From: a virus
Strand: one strand, 5' to 3'
DNA length: 41,288 bases
Virus record (IMG/VR): IMGVR_UViG_3300023171_000003
Span: 1-41,288 of that record
Under the pieces are notes generated by a model. It ran no database searches, had not been told where the DNA came from, and saw nothing but the letters and a program-made list of their open reading frames with translations. Below, piece by piece: positions 41,204 to 41,288 of this stretch (the stretch's first letter is position 1; each line of letters begins with the position of its first letter). Position numbers and translations under genes: made by a program.

Positions 41204-41288
41204 TCCTTGTAGTGGTGGAACAGCGGTTAGACTTTGACGCCGGTAGCTCGGTCGCCATCCAGGTAAAAATCGTCAACTTCAAATTCTT
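41162..41288. repeat. Second copy of the 127-nt terminal repeat
   Basis: Identical to 1-127. Confidence 0.95.

Noticed and set aside
1-41288. CRISPR arrays, rRNA genes, transposase/IS elements, att sites
   Set aside because: I saw no regularly spaced repeats, no rRNA-like sequence, and no transposase or integrase-like ORF. The only long exact repeat is the 127-nt terminal overlap.

Overview
The window is a complete phage genome assembled as a circle. Bases 1-127 are repeated exactly at 41162-41288, so the unique unit is 41,161 bp. Genes are tightly packed, with many ATGA or 4-11 nt start/stop overlaps. Divergent early promoters lie at about 600-760. A leftward (minus-strand) operon runs 594->66, crosses the junction and continues 41203->34373. 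It carries many small unknowns, an HNH endonuclease, an Erf-type annealase, SSB and a terminal lipoprotein gene. A rightward array (759->34329) starts with a Cro-like HTH, NinB, NinG and a winged-helix candidate late regulator, followed by a promoter plus a compound terminator. It continues with a Rha-like regulator, weak replication-organiser/loader-like proteins, a minimal ligase-like nucleotidyltransferase and nin-region-type small genes. Next come a ~0.9 kb ORF-free hairpin-rich region and then terS-terL-portal-scaffold-capsid-decoration. The tail and fibre genes follow (collagen-like, SGNH esterase, Gly-rich), with two cupin-fold proteins, three large internal/ejection-like proteins and a lysis cassette containing a T4-type (GH24) lysozyme. 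The structural module looks podovirus-like (epsilon15/BPP-1-style, from memory) and the early genes look lambdoid. I found no tRNA, rRNA, CRISPR array, integrase, CI/S24 repressor, reverse transcriptase, helicase, primase or polymerase. The most unusual element is the 10051-10960 non-coding region, which ends in a canonical intrinsic terminator just 5' of terS and is a candidate large structured RNA or leader. Other points of interest are an AT-rich cassette of three small paralogous ORFs between terL and portal, the cupin/dioxygenase pair inside the virion operon, a signal-peptide-bearing collagen-like protein, an HNH gene whose N-terminal domain is duplicated as a stand-alone gene, and a Q-like promoter/terminator arrangement. 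All family assignments come from motif recognition by eye. No searches were run.
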